A stretch of DNA of 64,000 bases from Alphaproteobacteria bacterium (lineage in GTDB: Bacteria > Pseudomonadota > Alphaproteobacteria > UBA1280 > UBA6503). How positions within the stretch are numbered: position 1 is the stretch's first letter; each line of letters opens with the position of its first letter. This document shows, one piece after another, positions 36,664 through 45,136 of this stretch. The DNA is taken from NCBI GenBank assembly GCA_021774615.1, contig JAJFIW010000010.1, positions 10,230-74,229 on the forward strand, written 5' to 3'. Below the pieces are notes generated by a model. The model had not been told where the DNA came from, searched no databases, and was given only the letters and a program-made list of their open reading frames with translations. Made by a program: the position numbers and the translations under genes.

Positions 36664-37005
36664 TTAATGCACGTATGCACAAACATCATGAATATTAACA
36701 ACAGGGTAAAGTTTGCGCTCTCCTTCTAAATGGGCAATTTTATTATCGCACCATAATTTAAAAGTGCTCTCACAGCCCCTGATTGCACTTAATGCAGTAC
36801 CTTCAACAAAAATATTAATTGTTAATTTAATATCTTCTGCTTGTAGATGACCGAACCCTTCTTCAAGGGTATCAGGGAGGTTATCTATAAAAGAAACCAT
36901 CCCTTGGTAAATAGCACGCATAATATAGTCTTCTCTAGCGTCAATTTCATCAAGAAGGTATGTTTCTAGGTTGTAATCAATAACAGCTTCGTCTAAAAGC
37001 AACAT
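36664..37005 (-). CDS. Hypothetical 113-aa protein, paralog B of a tandem pair
   Basis: AIYQGMVSFIDNLPDTL / IKLTINIFVEGT / FKLWCDNKIAHL aligns with the neighbouring gene product. Both are the same length (113 aa). Confidence 0.5.
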   Translation of the reverse strand: MLLLDEAVIDYNLETYLLDEIDAREDYIMRAIYQGMVSFIDNLPDTLEEGFGHLQAEDIKLTINIFVEGTALSAIRGCESTFKLWCDNKIAHLEGERKLYPVVNIHDVCAYVH

Positions 37006-37027
37006 GTAGCCTCCTACTTTTAAAAAA

Positions 37028-37369
37028 TTACTGGTTAGATATAGCTACGGTAAATTCGTGGTTATATTCAATACATTTGTTCCTAAATATATATTCAAGG
37101 CTGGTATGCACCCAATTATTGAAATATGGGTCTTTTAACAAAAGACTGAGTATATAAGAGTCACTAATTACTAGTAATAGCCTTATCTTAACAACAGAAT
37201 TAGCTGGTATATTATTATAAGTGCCATTGTTTATTACTATTTCAGGGAGGGTACTAATTAATTTTTCAGCCCCTGTGTAAACCCCAGCCAAAACATTTTC
37301 TTTTGTAGTGTTTGGTGAGATTATATTTCTTACTCTCATTACGGCTCTAATAAGTATTGAATCTGTCAT
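37028..37369 (-). CDS. Hypothetical 113-aa protein, paralog A of a tandem pair
   Basis: GVYTGAEKLISTLPEIV / VKIRLLLVISDS / FNNWVHTSLEYI aligns with 36664-37005. A purine-rich tract (pyrimidine-rich leader on the coding strand) lies at 37385-37413. Confidence 0.5.
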   Translation of the reverse strand: MTDSILIRAVMRVRNIISPNTTKENVLAGVYTGAEKLISTLPEIVINNGTYNNIPANSVVKIRLLLVISDSYILSLLLKDPYFNNWVHTSLEYIFRNKCIEYNHEFTVAISNQ

Positions 37370-37468
37370 AGTTTTTATTCCTCAAGAAAGGAAAATTAAA
37401 AAGAAAGGGAAACCTAGATCGGATTATTATTTACAATAGAGGGAGTAACCATACTTTTCAAGTAGAAA

Positions 37469-37486
37469 ACCACCCCTAAGGGTGGT
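37469..37486 (-). terminator. Intrinsic terminator after the 98-aa gene
   Basis: ACCACCC-CTAA-GGGTGGT, followed on the minus strand by TTTTCTAC. Confidence 0.6.
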
Positions 37487-37510
37487 CTCTACATTATAGT
37501 TCTAATAGAG

Positions 37511-37807
37511 CTACTGGCGAATGCCACCTTCTTGACCATCTCCCATCTCGTCGAGGTTCTCGCTAAACAAGAAAGTAGAGAAAAAGTAATAACAACCGCC
37601 TTGCAAAACCTCTTTAGTACGGATCGTCCAGTTAGGGGTAAAACCTGAAAGGCCAGTAGTAATACGGATAAGTTGGTCGGTAGCAAATTCCACAGGGTGG
37701 CAAGCTTCAGTTAGTTTGTCTTCTCCATCAGCCTTCATAACAAGACCAGTCCAATAAGAAAAAGCCAAAACTGATGCTAATAAAAATATAGTGCGTACTA
37801 AGTCCAC
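37511..37807 (-). CDS. Small secreted or membrane-anchored hypothetical protein (98 aa)
   Basis: N-terminal hydrophobic segment IFLLASVLAFSYWTGLV, two Cys, and GGGGGGAATATT upstream of the start. Confidence 0.45.
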   Translation of the reverse strand: MDLVRTIFLLASVLAFSYWTGLVMKADGEDKLTEACHPVEFATDQLIRITTGLSGFTPNWTIRTKEVLQGGCYYFFSTFLFSENLDEMGDGQEGGIRQ

Positions 37808-37869
37808 AATATTCCCCCCAAGGAAATTAATAATATGGGAGAACTTATCATCTTTTTGTAGAAAAAACA

Positions 37870-37895
37870 GTTATTAACTATAATATGTTAATAAC
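37870..37895. promoter_or_regulatory. 9-bp inverted repeat bracketing a TATAAT-like hexamer in a divergent intergenic region
   Basis: GTTATTAAC-TATAATAT-GTTAATAAC. The direct repeat TTGCTATAT occurs twice just downstream (about 37919-37938). Confidence 0.35.
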
Positions 37896-37968
37896 ATTAA
37901 CTTACCTATGTTGCCAGTTTGCTATATTTTGCTATATATAGTAACTATAAATATAGAGTGGGTTACAC

Positions 37969-38586
37969 ATGCCATTAATAGACATTAACCGTTTCGAGCT
38001 ATTTGCATTATTAGCAATATTGTCGTCTGTGCTTGTGTACACAACTTACCTATGGTCAATTTACCAAAAGAAAACTAGACCCCATATATTCAGCTGGTTT
38101 AATTGGGGGCTACTTAGTGCTATTGGTGCTTATGCACAGCTAGAGATAGGCGGCGGGCCTTCGGCTTGGGTTGTTGTAACTATTGCCGTTGTATGTTTTT
38201 TTATAACATTTCTTGCTTATTTTATTGGCGAAAAGAATATTACCAAGAGCGATTGGCTAACTTTTATCGGTGCGTTATTAGCAATTCCGGCATGGTTAAT
38301 AGCAGAAGATCCATTTATAGTACTAATTATTGTAGTTACTATTAGTATCCTTACTTATTACCCAACTATTCGTAAATCTTGGAGAGACCCATGGGGAGAG
38401 CCCCCTCAGACATATTTTTGGGCTGGGCTTAGGTTTTTCCTAACATTATTCGCCGTTCCCGATGCATCAGCAGAAACTTTGTTCTATCCATTCTTTTTAA
38501 TGTCTACCGAGTGGGGCTTTGCAATATACATTCTGTGGCGACGAAGAAAATTAATGCAACAAACTGCTAATATAAAAGCTATTTAG
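37969..38586 (+). CDS. Polytopic membrane protein (about 6-7 TM), function unknown
   Basis: 205 aa, almost entirely hydrophobic helices separated by short loops, with a terminator directly downstream. Confidence 0.6.
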   Translation: MPLIDINRFELFALLAILSSVLVYTTYLWSIYQKKTRPHIFSWFNWGLLSAIGAYAQLEIGGGPSAWVVVTIAVVCFFITFLAYFIGEKNITKSDWLTFIGALLAIPAWLIAEDPFIVLIIVVTISILTYYPTIRKSWRDPWGEPPQTYFWAGLRFFLTLFAVPDASAETLFYPFFLMSTEWGFAIYILWRRRKLMQQTANIKAI

Positions 38587-38592
38587 TAAAAA

Positions 38593-38620
38593 AATACCCC
38601 AGTATTTCTACTGGGGTATT
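38593..38620. terminator. Bidirectional intrinsic terminator
   Basis: AATACCCCAG-TATTTCTA-CTGGGGTATT, flanked by A-run and T-run. Confidence 0.8.
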
Positions 38621-38640
38621 TTTAATAGAAATATATTTTT

Positions 38641-39156
38641 CTATAGACCTTCAACCTGCTCTGAGGCTTTAGGTGCAGCTTCTACCTTAGGAGTAGCTGT
38701 AGCTTTTTCAGCCACATCTGCTTCCACTTTTTCGGCTTTCTCGGCCTTTGCAGCTTTAGCTGGTTTTTCTTTAGCTTCAGGGGCTTCCTTTTTAGCCTTT
38801 TTAACAGCTGTAGACAAACCATAACGTTGTGCTACACGGCTAACAAAGTTATTACCAGTTAAGTCAATGTTGTGGCGCTCAACTTCGGCTTTCATTTGCT
38901 CCATCATGAAGTCAATACTTCTTAAAAATGCTTTTTGTGTTTCCTCGTAGTCGCCACGTTTTGATGCGGCCATATAACCACGAGTTTTACGGTCTGATGT
39001 TACCAAGATATGTTCCCATAGACGGGCAAAATTAATCATGTCGGTGGCTTCTGGTGTTGTGCGTACAATCACCTCAGCGCTATAGCCATTGCGTTCAAGT
39101 TGCTCTTTTTGGCTATCTAGGCGAGCTTGGAATTGCCCTTTTTTAGTATTAGACAT
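38641..39156 (-). CDS. Hypothetical protein with a Lys/Ala/Glu/Pro-rich histone-H1-like tail
   Basis: 171 aa with C-terminal KKAKKEAPEAKEKPAKAAKAEKAEKVEADVAEKATATPKVEAAPKA. The N-terminal 120 aa have no motif I recognise. Confidence 0.55.
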   Translation of the reverse strand: MSNTKKGQFQARLDSQKEQLERNGYSAEVIVRTTPEATDMINFARLWEHILVTSDRKTRGYMAASKRGDYEETQKAFLRSIDFMMEQMKAEVERHNIDLTGNNFVSRVAQRYGLSTAVKKAKKEAPEAKEKPAKAAKAEKAEKVEADVAEKATATPKVEAAPKASEQVEGL

Positions 39157-39315
39157 TATAATGTCTCCTCACAGTTTTAGTTTATTACAGAACGGTACAT
39201 TATATAATATAAATATACCCAGTTATCAGCTGCATTACCTGCAGCACGTTAATAGTATAGGCGTGTTAGGAACCATTACAAGTGCTACCCCATAAAAAGA
39301 TATATTAAGGATGGA

Positions 39316-39777
39316 TTAAGGCTGCAGCAGACGGTTTTTATTAATCCAACCTTCTTTTCCGCTTACTTCTATTTCGCATAAACCTAAAGCACAACGGGTT
39401 ACTAGTACTACAACACCAGCTTCAAGGCGCAGCACTGGTCGTTTGCCATCGCGGTCTTTATAAACTGTTACAGGCTCACCATTGCTAATAAGCCCTGTTT
39501 TACGGGTGGAAAAGAAGTTTTGGTATATCCAACCTTCTTCCCCTTCAATATCTCTAACCTGATACCACCCCCCAAACCTAGCAATTGCTCGCACTGGGTA
39601 GCCTCGGTATTTGTATACCCATAAAATAGGGTAGCTCATCCCTGGCCCCACTCGGACATTAACTTTATGGCTTTTAATACTGCCTGCAACTGGCACAAAA
39701 CTTCGATCGGGCCCTGCTTGTGCAGTGTTAACCCCTAGAAATAGTAATAGTGTAATTATAACAACTAGTTTACTCAT
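39316..39777 (-). CDS. Secreted bacterial SH3-domain protein (tandem SH3b, DUF1058-like)
   Basis: Signal peptide ending NTAQA. VNVRVGPGMSYPILWVYKYRGYPVRAIARFGGWYQVRDIEGEEGWIY and a second similar unit ending CEIEVSGKEGWINKNRL. Confidence 0.7.
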   Translation of the reverse strand: MSKLVVIITLLLFLGVNTAQAGPDRSFVPVAGSIKSHKVNVRVGPGMSYPILWVYKYRGYPVRAIARFGGWYQVRDIEGEEGWIYQNFFSTRKTGLISNGEPVTVYKDRDGKRPVLRLEAGVVVLVTRCALGLCEIEVSGKEGWINKNRLLQP

Positions 39778-41285
39778 AGCGCTACCTGCCTAAACGATAA
39801 AGCTTCGGCAATATGATTGCGGGATACATTTTCAGCCCCTGCTAAATCGGCAATAGTTCGTGCCACCCGTAGCACTCGATGATAACCTCGGGCTGAAAAT
39901 GCGTATTTTTCGGCAGCTTTATCTAGAAGTTTTCGTCCTTCTGCATCAGGAGCTGCAACTTCTTCTAGTTGTCTGCCGTCAATTTGGCTATTACACATAT
40001 AGCTACCATAGCGGTGTTGTTGGGTTGTACGGGCTATTTGCACTCGTTTTGCAATAGTGGCTGTGCTTTCGCCAACTGGTGCGTTCGATAAATCGCTAAT
40101 TGGCATTGCTTGTACGTCTACAAATAAGTCAAACCTGTCAAGCAATGGCCCCGACAACCGCGACAAATATTTTTGTACTTGGGTCGGGGTATCGGTGCAA
40201 GTTTTAGTATGGTGCCCTTGGTAACCGCAGGGGCAAGGGTTCATCGCTGCAATTAACTGGAACCTAGCAGGGTACCGCAAGTGGTTATTGGCACGTGCTA
40301 CTGTTATTTCGCCACTTTCTAGCGGTTGGCGCAGAGTTTCTAAAACTTGGCGTGGGAACTCGGGCAACTCGTCTAAGAATAACACCCCACTATGGGCTAG
40401 CGACATTTCCCCCGGTTTTGCCCCATGCCCGCCACCCGATAACGCTACGGCTGACGCCGAATGGTGTGGGTCTCTAAATGGGCGTTGTCTGACCAACCCA
40501 CCAACTGGTAACGTACCTGCAATTGAATGGACTAGCGACACATCTAAAGCTTCTTGCGAGGTAAGCTCTGGCATAAGTCCAGATAAGCGTTTTGCTATCA
40601 TACTTTTGCCGCTACCCGGAGGGCCCGACATTAGCAGATGATGCCCACCAGCGGCAGCAATCTCGGCTGCTCGGCGAGCTGTGGTTTGCCCTTTAATGTC
40701 GCTAAAGTCTAGGTATTCGCTCTTTTTATCATCTACTATTGCAGGTTCTTTTGCTTTAAGGATTTTCTCGCCTTTTAGGTGTGCTACAAGTGTGTGTAAA
40801 TCATCAATCCCATAAATATTAACTTCCCCTGCCCACGCGGCTTCAGCCGCATTACACTGAGGGATGTATACATCCTTTATACCATTAGCCGTTGCATACA
40901 TAGCTGCTGGCAATGCGCCTGTAATACGCTCTAATTTTGCACCTAACGACATCTCACCCATAAAAATAGCACTCTCTACCACATCTTTAGGGATAGCACC
41001 CAATGCTGCCAGTAACGCCACCGCAATTGGTAAGTCGTAATGCCCGCCTTGCTTAAGCAAATCAGCAGGAGATAAATTAACAATTATTTTTTTTGCTGGT
41101 AACCCAACCCCTGCACTATGGAATGCCGCTTGCACCCGTTCGCGTGCTTCACGAACTGCATTATCGGGCAAGCCCACAATTTGGAAACCAGCCAACCCCG
41201 GGCGCACCTGTACTTGCACGTCTACAGGCACGGCCTGTATACCTTGTAAAGAAACTGTATGGGCAATTGCAGTTGACATAAGCAC
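39774..41285 (-). CDS. comM: YifB/ComM-family Mg-chelatase-like AAA+ ATPase
   Basis: 503 aa with a Lon-like N-domain, Walker A GPPGSGKS, GVLFLDELPEF, CPCGY zinc motif and C-terminal RGYHRVLRVARTIADL. Confidence 0.9.
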   Translation of the reverse strand: MLMSTAIAHTVSLQGIQAVPVDVQVQVRPGLAGFQIVGLPDNAVREARERVQAAFHSAGVGLPAKKIIVNLSPADLLKQGGHYDLPIAVALLAALGAIPKDVVESAIFMGEMSLGAKLERITGALPAAMYATANGIKDVYIPQCNAAEAAWAGEVNIYGIDDLHTLVAHLKGEKILKAKEPAIVDDKKSEYLDFSDIKGQTTARRAAEIAAAGGHHLLMSGPPGSGKSMIAKRLSGLMPELTSQEALDVSLVHSIAGTLPVGGLVRQRPFRDPHHSASAVALSGGGHGAKPGEMSLAHSGVLFLDELPEFPRQVLETLRQPLESGEITVARANNHLRYPARFQLIAAMNPCPCGYQGHHTKTCTDTPTQVQKYLSRLSGPLLDRFDLFVDVQAMPISDLSNAPVGESTATIAKRVQIARTTQQHRYGSYMCNSQIDGRQLEEVAAPDAEGRKLLDKAAEKYAFSARGYHRVLRVARTIADLAGAENVSRNHIAEALSFRQVAL

Positions 41286-41324
41286 ATTTTAACCTGCAAA
41301 CACAAAATTGGTACAAAAAAGCAC

Positions 41325-41360
41325 AAAAAAACTCCCCTTCGCAAAAAGGGGAGTTTTTTT
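41325..41360 (-). terminator. Intrinsic terminator after kinase-fold paralog 1
   Basis: ACTCCCCTT-CGCAAA-AAGGGGAGT, flanked by A- and T-runs. Confidence 0.75.
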
Positions 41361-41369
41361 TATCGCTAA

Positions 41370-42431
41370 TTAAGCTTCAAACTTTATTTCTTTGTTGCCA
41401 TTCAAAAAATCTTGAGCAGTTTTTAGAAATAAATACCCATAACGCCTGTATTTGTCTGCAAGCTCGGGGTCGTGGGTTTTGTCTACCTTAAGTAACCAAG
41501 ACTTGCCACGAACCACACAAGCATATGCTATCCAGAATGGTAGAACACCTAAGAGTGTTTCATCGGGATTGGCAAGCATGTAGCCTCTAAGGAATGTTTC
41601 GGCTAAATCCTCACAACCATACATATAGAGTGGCGCAAGTACAAAAGCAACGTCTTTAGCAACATCGTCATAACGCAAGCCATCAATAGCAACCATAGGG
41701 TTAAATGCTATAAAGCCGCCATTTACATAAACAATATTGCTAGGGTCTAGGTTACCATGAATGGTTCTAAAACACTCTGGCCCACGTGCTATAAAGGCAT
41801 GAACACCGCCATGAACACTAAGTTTTTCAGCCATCAAAGCTTTAATGGTTTCTAAAGCCCTTATCGAGTCAGAGCATAGCTGTGAGTTAAGCCCAAGGTC
41901 TACCAAGCTTGTAAACTCTTGCCTGAAAGATTTACGTATGTCGTTTTCTAAAATCGTAATGGCTGGTGATTTCTCGTGGTAATGACCTACAATCTTACCA
42001 AACTGGAACATTTCATAAGGTTCAACAACTTCACTAGAAATCTGGCGATACAGCACATCCTTTTGTGGGAACCTATGCATTTTAATTACATAGTCCACAA
42101 CCTTGCGGCCATTTTCTGCACCAATATCGACGATCTCTAGCTTTTTGCCATTTTTAACAATTGCACGAACCCCGATATAAAGGTTATTGCCCAATACATC
42201 TGTAGATAAATATTTACTTGCCTCAATTTCTAGCTGCGCATTTTTAAGCCGTGCGGCAACCGTAGTGTTATCACGACTGCAAACAGCAGATTTATACAGT
42301 TTATAAGCATAATCACCGGCCAGAAAAACAATACTTTGGTCTGTTTCCATTCTTCTCATGTTATGGGTAAAATGGAAATAAGAACTACCTTTAACTAGAA
42401 AATCAATAACTGATTTTTGTGGGTTTTTCAT
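41370..42431 (-). CDS. APH/protein-kinase-fold protein, paralog 1 (353 aa)
   Basis: VFLAGDYAYKLYKS near the N-terminus. The catalytic-loop-like motif is IHGNLDPSNIVY, followed by DDVAKDVAF. Confidence 0.65.
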   Translation of the reverse strand: MKNPQKSVIDFLVKGSSYFHFTHNMRRMETDQSIVFLAGDYAYKLYKSAVCSRDNTTVAARLKNAQLEIEASKYLSTDVLGNNLYIGVRAIVKNGKKLEIVDIGAENGRKVVDYVIKMHRFPQKDVLYRQISSEVVEPYEMFQFGKIVGHYHEKSPAITILENDIRKSFRQEFTSLVDLGLNSQLCSDSIRALETIKALMAEKLSVHGGVHAFIARGPECFRTIHGNLDPSNIVYVNGGFIAFNPMVAIDGLRYDDVAKDVAFVLAPLYMYGCEDLAETFLRGYMLANPDETLLGVLPFWIAYACVVRGKSWLLKVDKTHDPELADKYRRYGYLFLKTAQDFLNGNKEIKFEA

Positions 42432-42716
42432 ATTTTAAGTTCTCCGAAAAGGAAAAGGGAAAGGGAAAGAAGAAAGTAAAGCCTTATAAACAACCTGTAT
42501 ACGATTACATACCTAAAGTCAATACAGTGAAAATTAAAATAATCGTCAACTAAAAGTTGAAAAACACAAAATAAATATCCATAATAAGATATGAAAAAAG
42601 AACTAGGGAGATATGCGAGTAAACTACGTATGGTTAATTCGGATATGATTGGCTTAAATAAGCTAATCAGATGTTCTTTTGGAAGTGATATGCCTACTAT
42701 TATGTTAGATAAACTT

Positions 42717-42747
42717 ACCCCGCCTATAATAAGGCGGGGTTCTTTTT
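42717..42747 (+). terminator. Orphan + strand intrinsic terminator in a 422-bp gap
   Basis: ACCCCGCC-TATAATAA-GGCGGGGT followed by TCTTTTT. No track ORF ends here. Confidence 0.5.
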
Positions 42748-42795
42748 GTAATATAGTAATTTAACCATGTAAGTACAAAGTTAAACGACTATAAA

Positions 42796-42828
42796 GCAAA
42801 AGCCCCTCTAAAAAGAGGGGCTTTTTCG
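42796..42828 (-). terminator. Intrinsic terminator after kinase-fold paralog 2 (33-nt identical copy)
   Basis: GCAAAAGCCCCTCTAAAAAGAGGGGCTTTTTCG, identical to 43964-43996. Confidence 0.8.
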
Positions 42829-42853
42829 CTAAATGATGTAACTAGACCTGCAA

Positions 42854-43852
42854 TTACTTCCGCAAAAAATCTAGTGCTTGTTTAAGATACAAACCACCTG
42901 CTGTTTTTTCTTTTGGAATGTCAGAAAGCACTAACAACCAAAGACCTCTAACTACTGAGGCATGTACAACCCAATAGTTAATTACATTGTGGATGGTGTC
43001 ATCGTCATTTACAGACAAATAACCGTCTAGAAATGCTGCTGCCAAATCATCACGCTTATGGAAATATAGTGACGACATGAAGTATCCAACATCTTTTGCA
43101 ATATCTTGATTAGTAAGTATGCCAAAGCTTTGGGCACTTCTAATATTTATATTATCGTCTATGTAGACAACATTATTAGGGCACATATTCCCATGCAAGA
43201 AACGAAAACAGCAAGCCGAGCGGGTTTTAAAGGCCGCTTTGATGCTTGGAGCCTTCTCACCTACAAGGGCTCTAATTTCACTTAGTGAAACTTTAGAATC
43301 AGTTTTTTCACCCAGCCCCATAGGGTCTGTAAGACCGGCCATGTCTTCTACAAAGCCTGTGCCAGTATTTGTGCTATTAAGCTCTACAACAACTCTGCCA
43401 TAGTGATACTCTGCTATTTTAGCACCAAGGCTGTATACATCGTCATAAAACAACTGCGAATTTGTTAGAAGGTTAGCCATAGTATGCTCTGGCGGGAATC
43501 TTCTCATCTCTAGTGCATAGTCTAGGACTGTATAATCACCTTCAGCACCAGCTTCAACAATCTTTATTTTGCCACTACTATTGCGAACAATCGCAACAAC
43601 GCGGATATAACATTCTGGAGCAAGGTCATTAAGCTCTAGTTCTGACCTTGCGCTTTCAAGGCGCCCATCTAATGTAGAGTTATCACGCTCATTACAAGAT
43701 ACGCCATAAAACCTATATGCTCTACTTCCTACTAAAACAACCTGGTCGTAAGCATTTTTGATTACTTCAAAACTTCCGCCGCCCATTGTTTCAAGCCAAG
43801 AGAGCGCTTCTTGTTGTTTAGATCTTTGTTGTTTCAAATTTGAAAAGCTCAT
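42854..43852 (-). CDS. APH/protein-kinase-fold protein, paralog 2 (332 aa)
   Basis: Start moved to ATG 43852 (ACGGAGG upstream; the track N-terminal extension is Phe/Leu-rich junk overlapping the leader). Motifs VLVGSRAYRFYGV, LHGNMCPNNVVY and QDIAKDVGY. Confidence 0.65.
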   Translation of the reverse strand: MSFSNLKQQRSKQQEALSWLETMGGGSFEVIKNAYDQVVLVGSRAYRFYGVSCNERDNSTLDGRLESARSELELNDLAPECYIRVVAIVRNSSGKIKIVEAGAEGDYTVLDYALEMRRFPPEHTMANLLTNSQLFYDDVYSLGAKIAEYHYGRVVVELNSTNTGTGFVEDMAGLTDPMGLGEKTDSKVSLSEIRALVGEKAPSIKAAFKTRSACCFRFLHGNMCPNNVVYIDDNINIRSAQSFGILTNQDIAKDVGYFMSSLYFHKRDDLAAAFLDGYLSVNDDDTIHNVINYWVVHASVVRGLWLLVLSDIPKEKTAGGLYLKQALDFLRK

Positions 43853-43963
43853 AATAAGAACCTCCGTAAAGAAAAAAGAGAAAAGAAGATACGTTAAAAA
43901 CTTAACTTTGTATAAAAAGTACACATTTTGGTATAAGTCAAGTGATAGTTGATACAACAAACA

Positions 43964-43996
43964 GCAAAAGCCCCTCTAAAAAGAGGGGCTTTTTCG
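43964..43996 (-). terminator. Intrinsic terminator after kinase-fold paralog 3 (33-nt identical copy)
   Basis: GCAAAAGCCCCTCTAAAAAGAGGGGCTTTTTCG. Confidence 0.8.
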
Positions 43997-44013
43997 ATTA
44001 AACAACAGAGTAA

Positions 44014-44985
44014 TTACTGCTCTATCTTTTCTAGCATTGCTATTGCTTGCTTAAGGTATGACACACCCATTTTATTTGAGCACCTATCATCCTTACCAAG
44101 CAAATCAATACCATTTCGGAAAGATGCAAAAGCCACCCAATAATCAACAACAAAATTAATTGTGTTATTGACGGTTGCATGTATGTAGCTTTCCAAAAAT
44201 ATTTTGGCCAAATCATGGCGGCCATAAAAATAGAGGCCTGATAAAATATCGCCCACATCTTTTGCTACATCATGGTTTGTGCCTTCTGCCTTCCATTGTA
44301 AGTTAAGGATATTAATAGCATTACCCATTATAACAATATTATGCAGCCGCATATCGCCATGCACCGAGGTTACGCAATCAACCCGACTATAAATAGTGTG
44401 GGTGATTTTTGTGGTCTTTTTGCTTAACTCTAGCTTTATGCAATCTAGAAGTTGCAACACTTCTTGGTTGCCCATAAAGTTGTTAATTTCTTCATCTATC
44501 ATGCTTTTAAAATAAGCAATTGTTGTTGTGTCACCTGGTTGGTTACTAGTTTCTGTTAAAAGACTTGCATGGAATTTGCCAACAATAGTGCCAAGATTTT
44601 GCAACCATGACTCACCCAATGTTGTGGTTTTAACCATCTCTTGGAGCACTAAACTAGGTGAGTACGGCCGCATTCTTAGTATATAACCAGCAGTATTGCG
44701 GTGGTCTTCATTTTCGAGTGTAGTGAACTCAAACGAGCTACCACTTTCTACAATTTTAACTACGCTTTCAGATTTTTCAAAAAACCTATGTGGTGCAAGT
44801 ATTCTATTAAAGAAAACATCACGGCTAGCTTCTGTAAGTTGGTCTCCAACATTACTTATGCCAGTAAATATTTTATATACAACACCATTACCACTAACCA
44901 GCAGTGTACTATTGCTGTTGTCAAACCTAGTAATGCCGTTGGCTTGGTTGGTTTCCATAAGCCAAGCGATTATTTTTTCATTCAT
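44014..44985 (-). CDS. APH/protein-kinase-fold protein, paralog 3 (323 aa)
   Basis: Motifs LLVSGNGVVYKIF, VHGDMRLHNIVI and HDVAKDVGD, with GGAG upstream of the ATG. Confidence 0.65.
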   Translation of the reverse strand: MNEKIIAWLMETNQANGITRFDNSNSTLLVSGNGVVYKIFTGISNVGDQLTEASRDVFFNRILAPHRFFEKSESVVKIVESGSSFEFTTLENEDHRNTAGYILRMRPYSPSLVLQEMVKTTTLGESWLQNLGTIVGKFHASLLTETSNQPGDTTTIAYFKSMIDEEINNFMGNQEVLQLLDCIKLELSKKTTKITHTIYSRVDCVTSVHGDMRLHNIVIMGNAINILNLQWKAEGTNHDVAKDVGDILSGLYFYGRHDLAKIFLESYIHATVNNTINFVVDYWVAFASFRNGIDLLGKDDRCSNKMGVSYLKQAIAMLEKIEQ

Positions 44986-45136
44986 GGTTAATAGTCTCCA
45001 TAAAAGTGGGGAAAAGAAAAGAAAGGTACAAGAAAAGTACTTGTATATAACTATGTATACGTTTCCGAAAAATAGTCAAGTAGATATAAAGTTAGGCTGC
45101 TACATAACTATTTATATGTAAAATTCTTCTAACTTC

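Noticed and set aside
38641-39156. The 171-aa protein as a phasin or H-NS-like nucleoid protein
   Set aside because: Only the Lys/Ala-rich tail is suggestive. I cannot match the N-terminal domain to either family from memory, so it is left as hypothetical.
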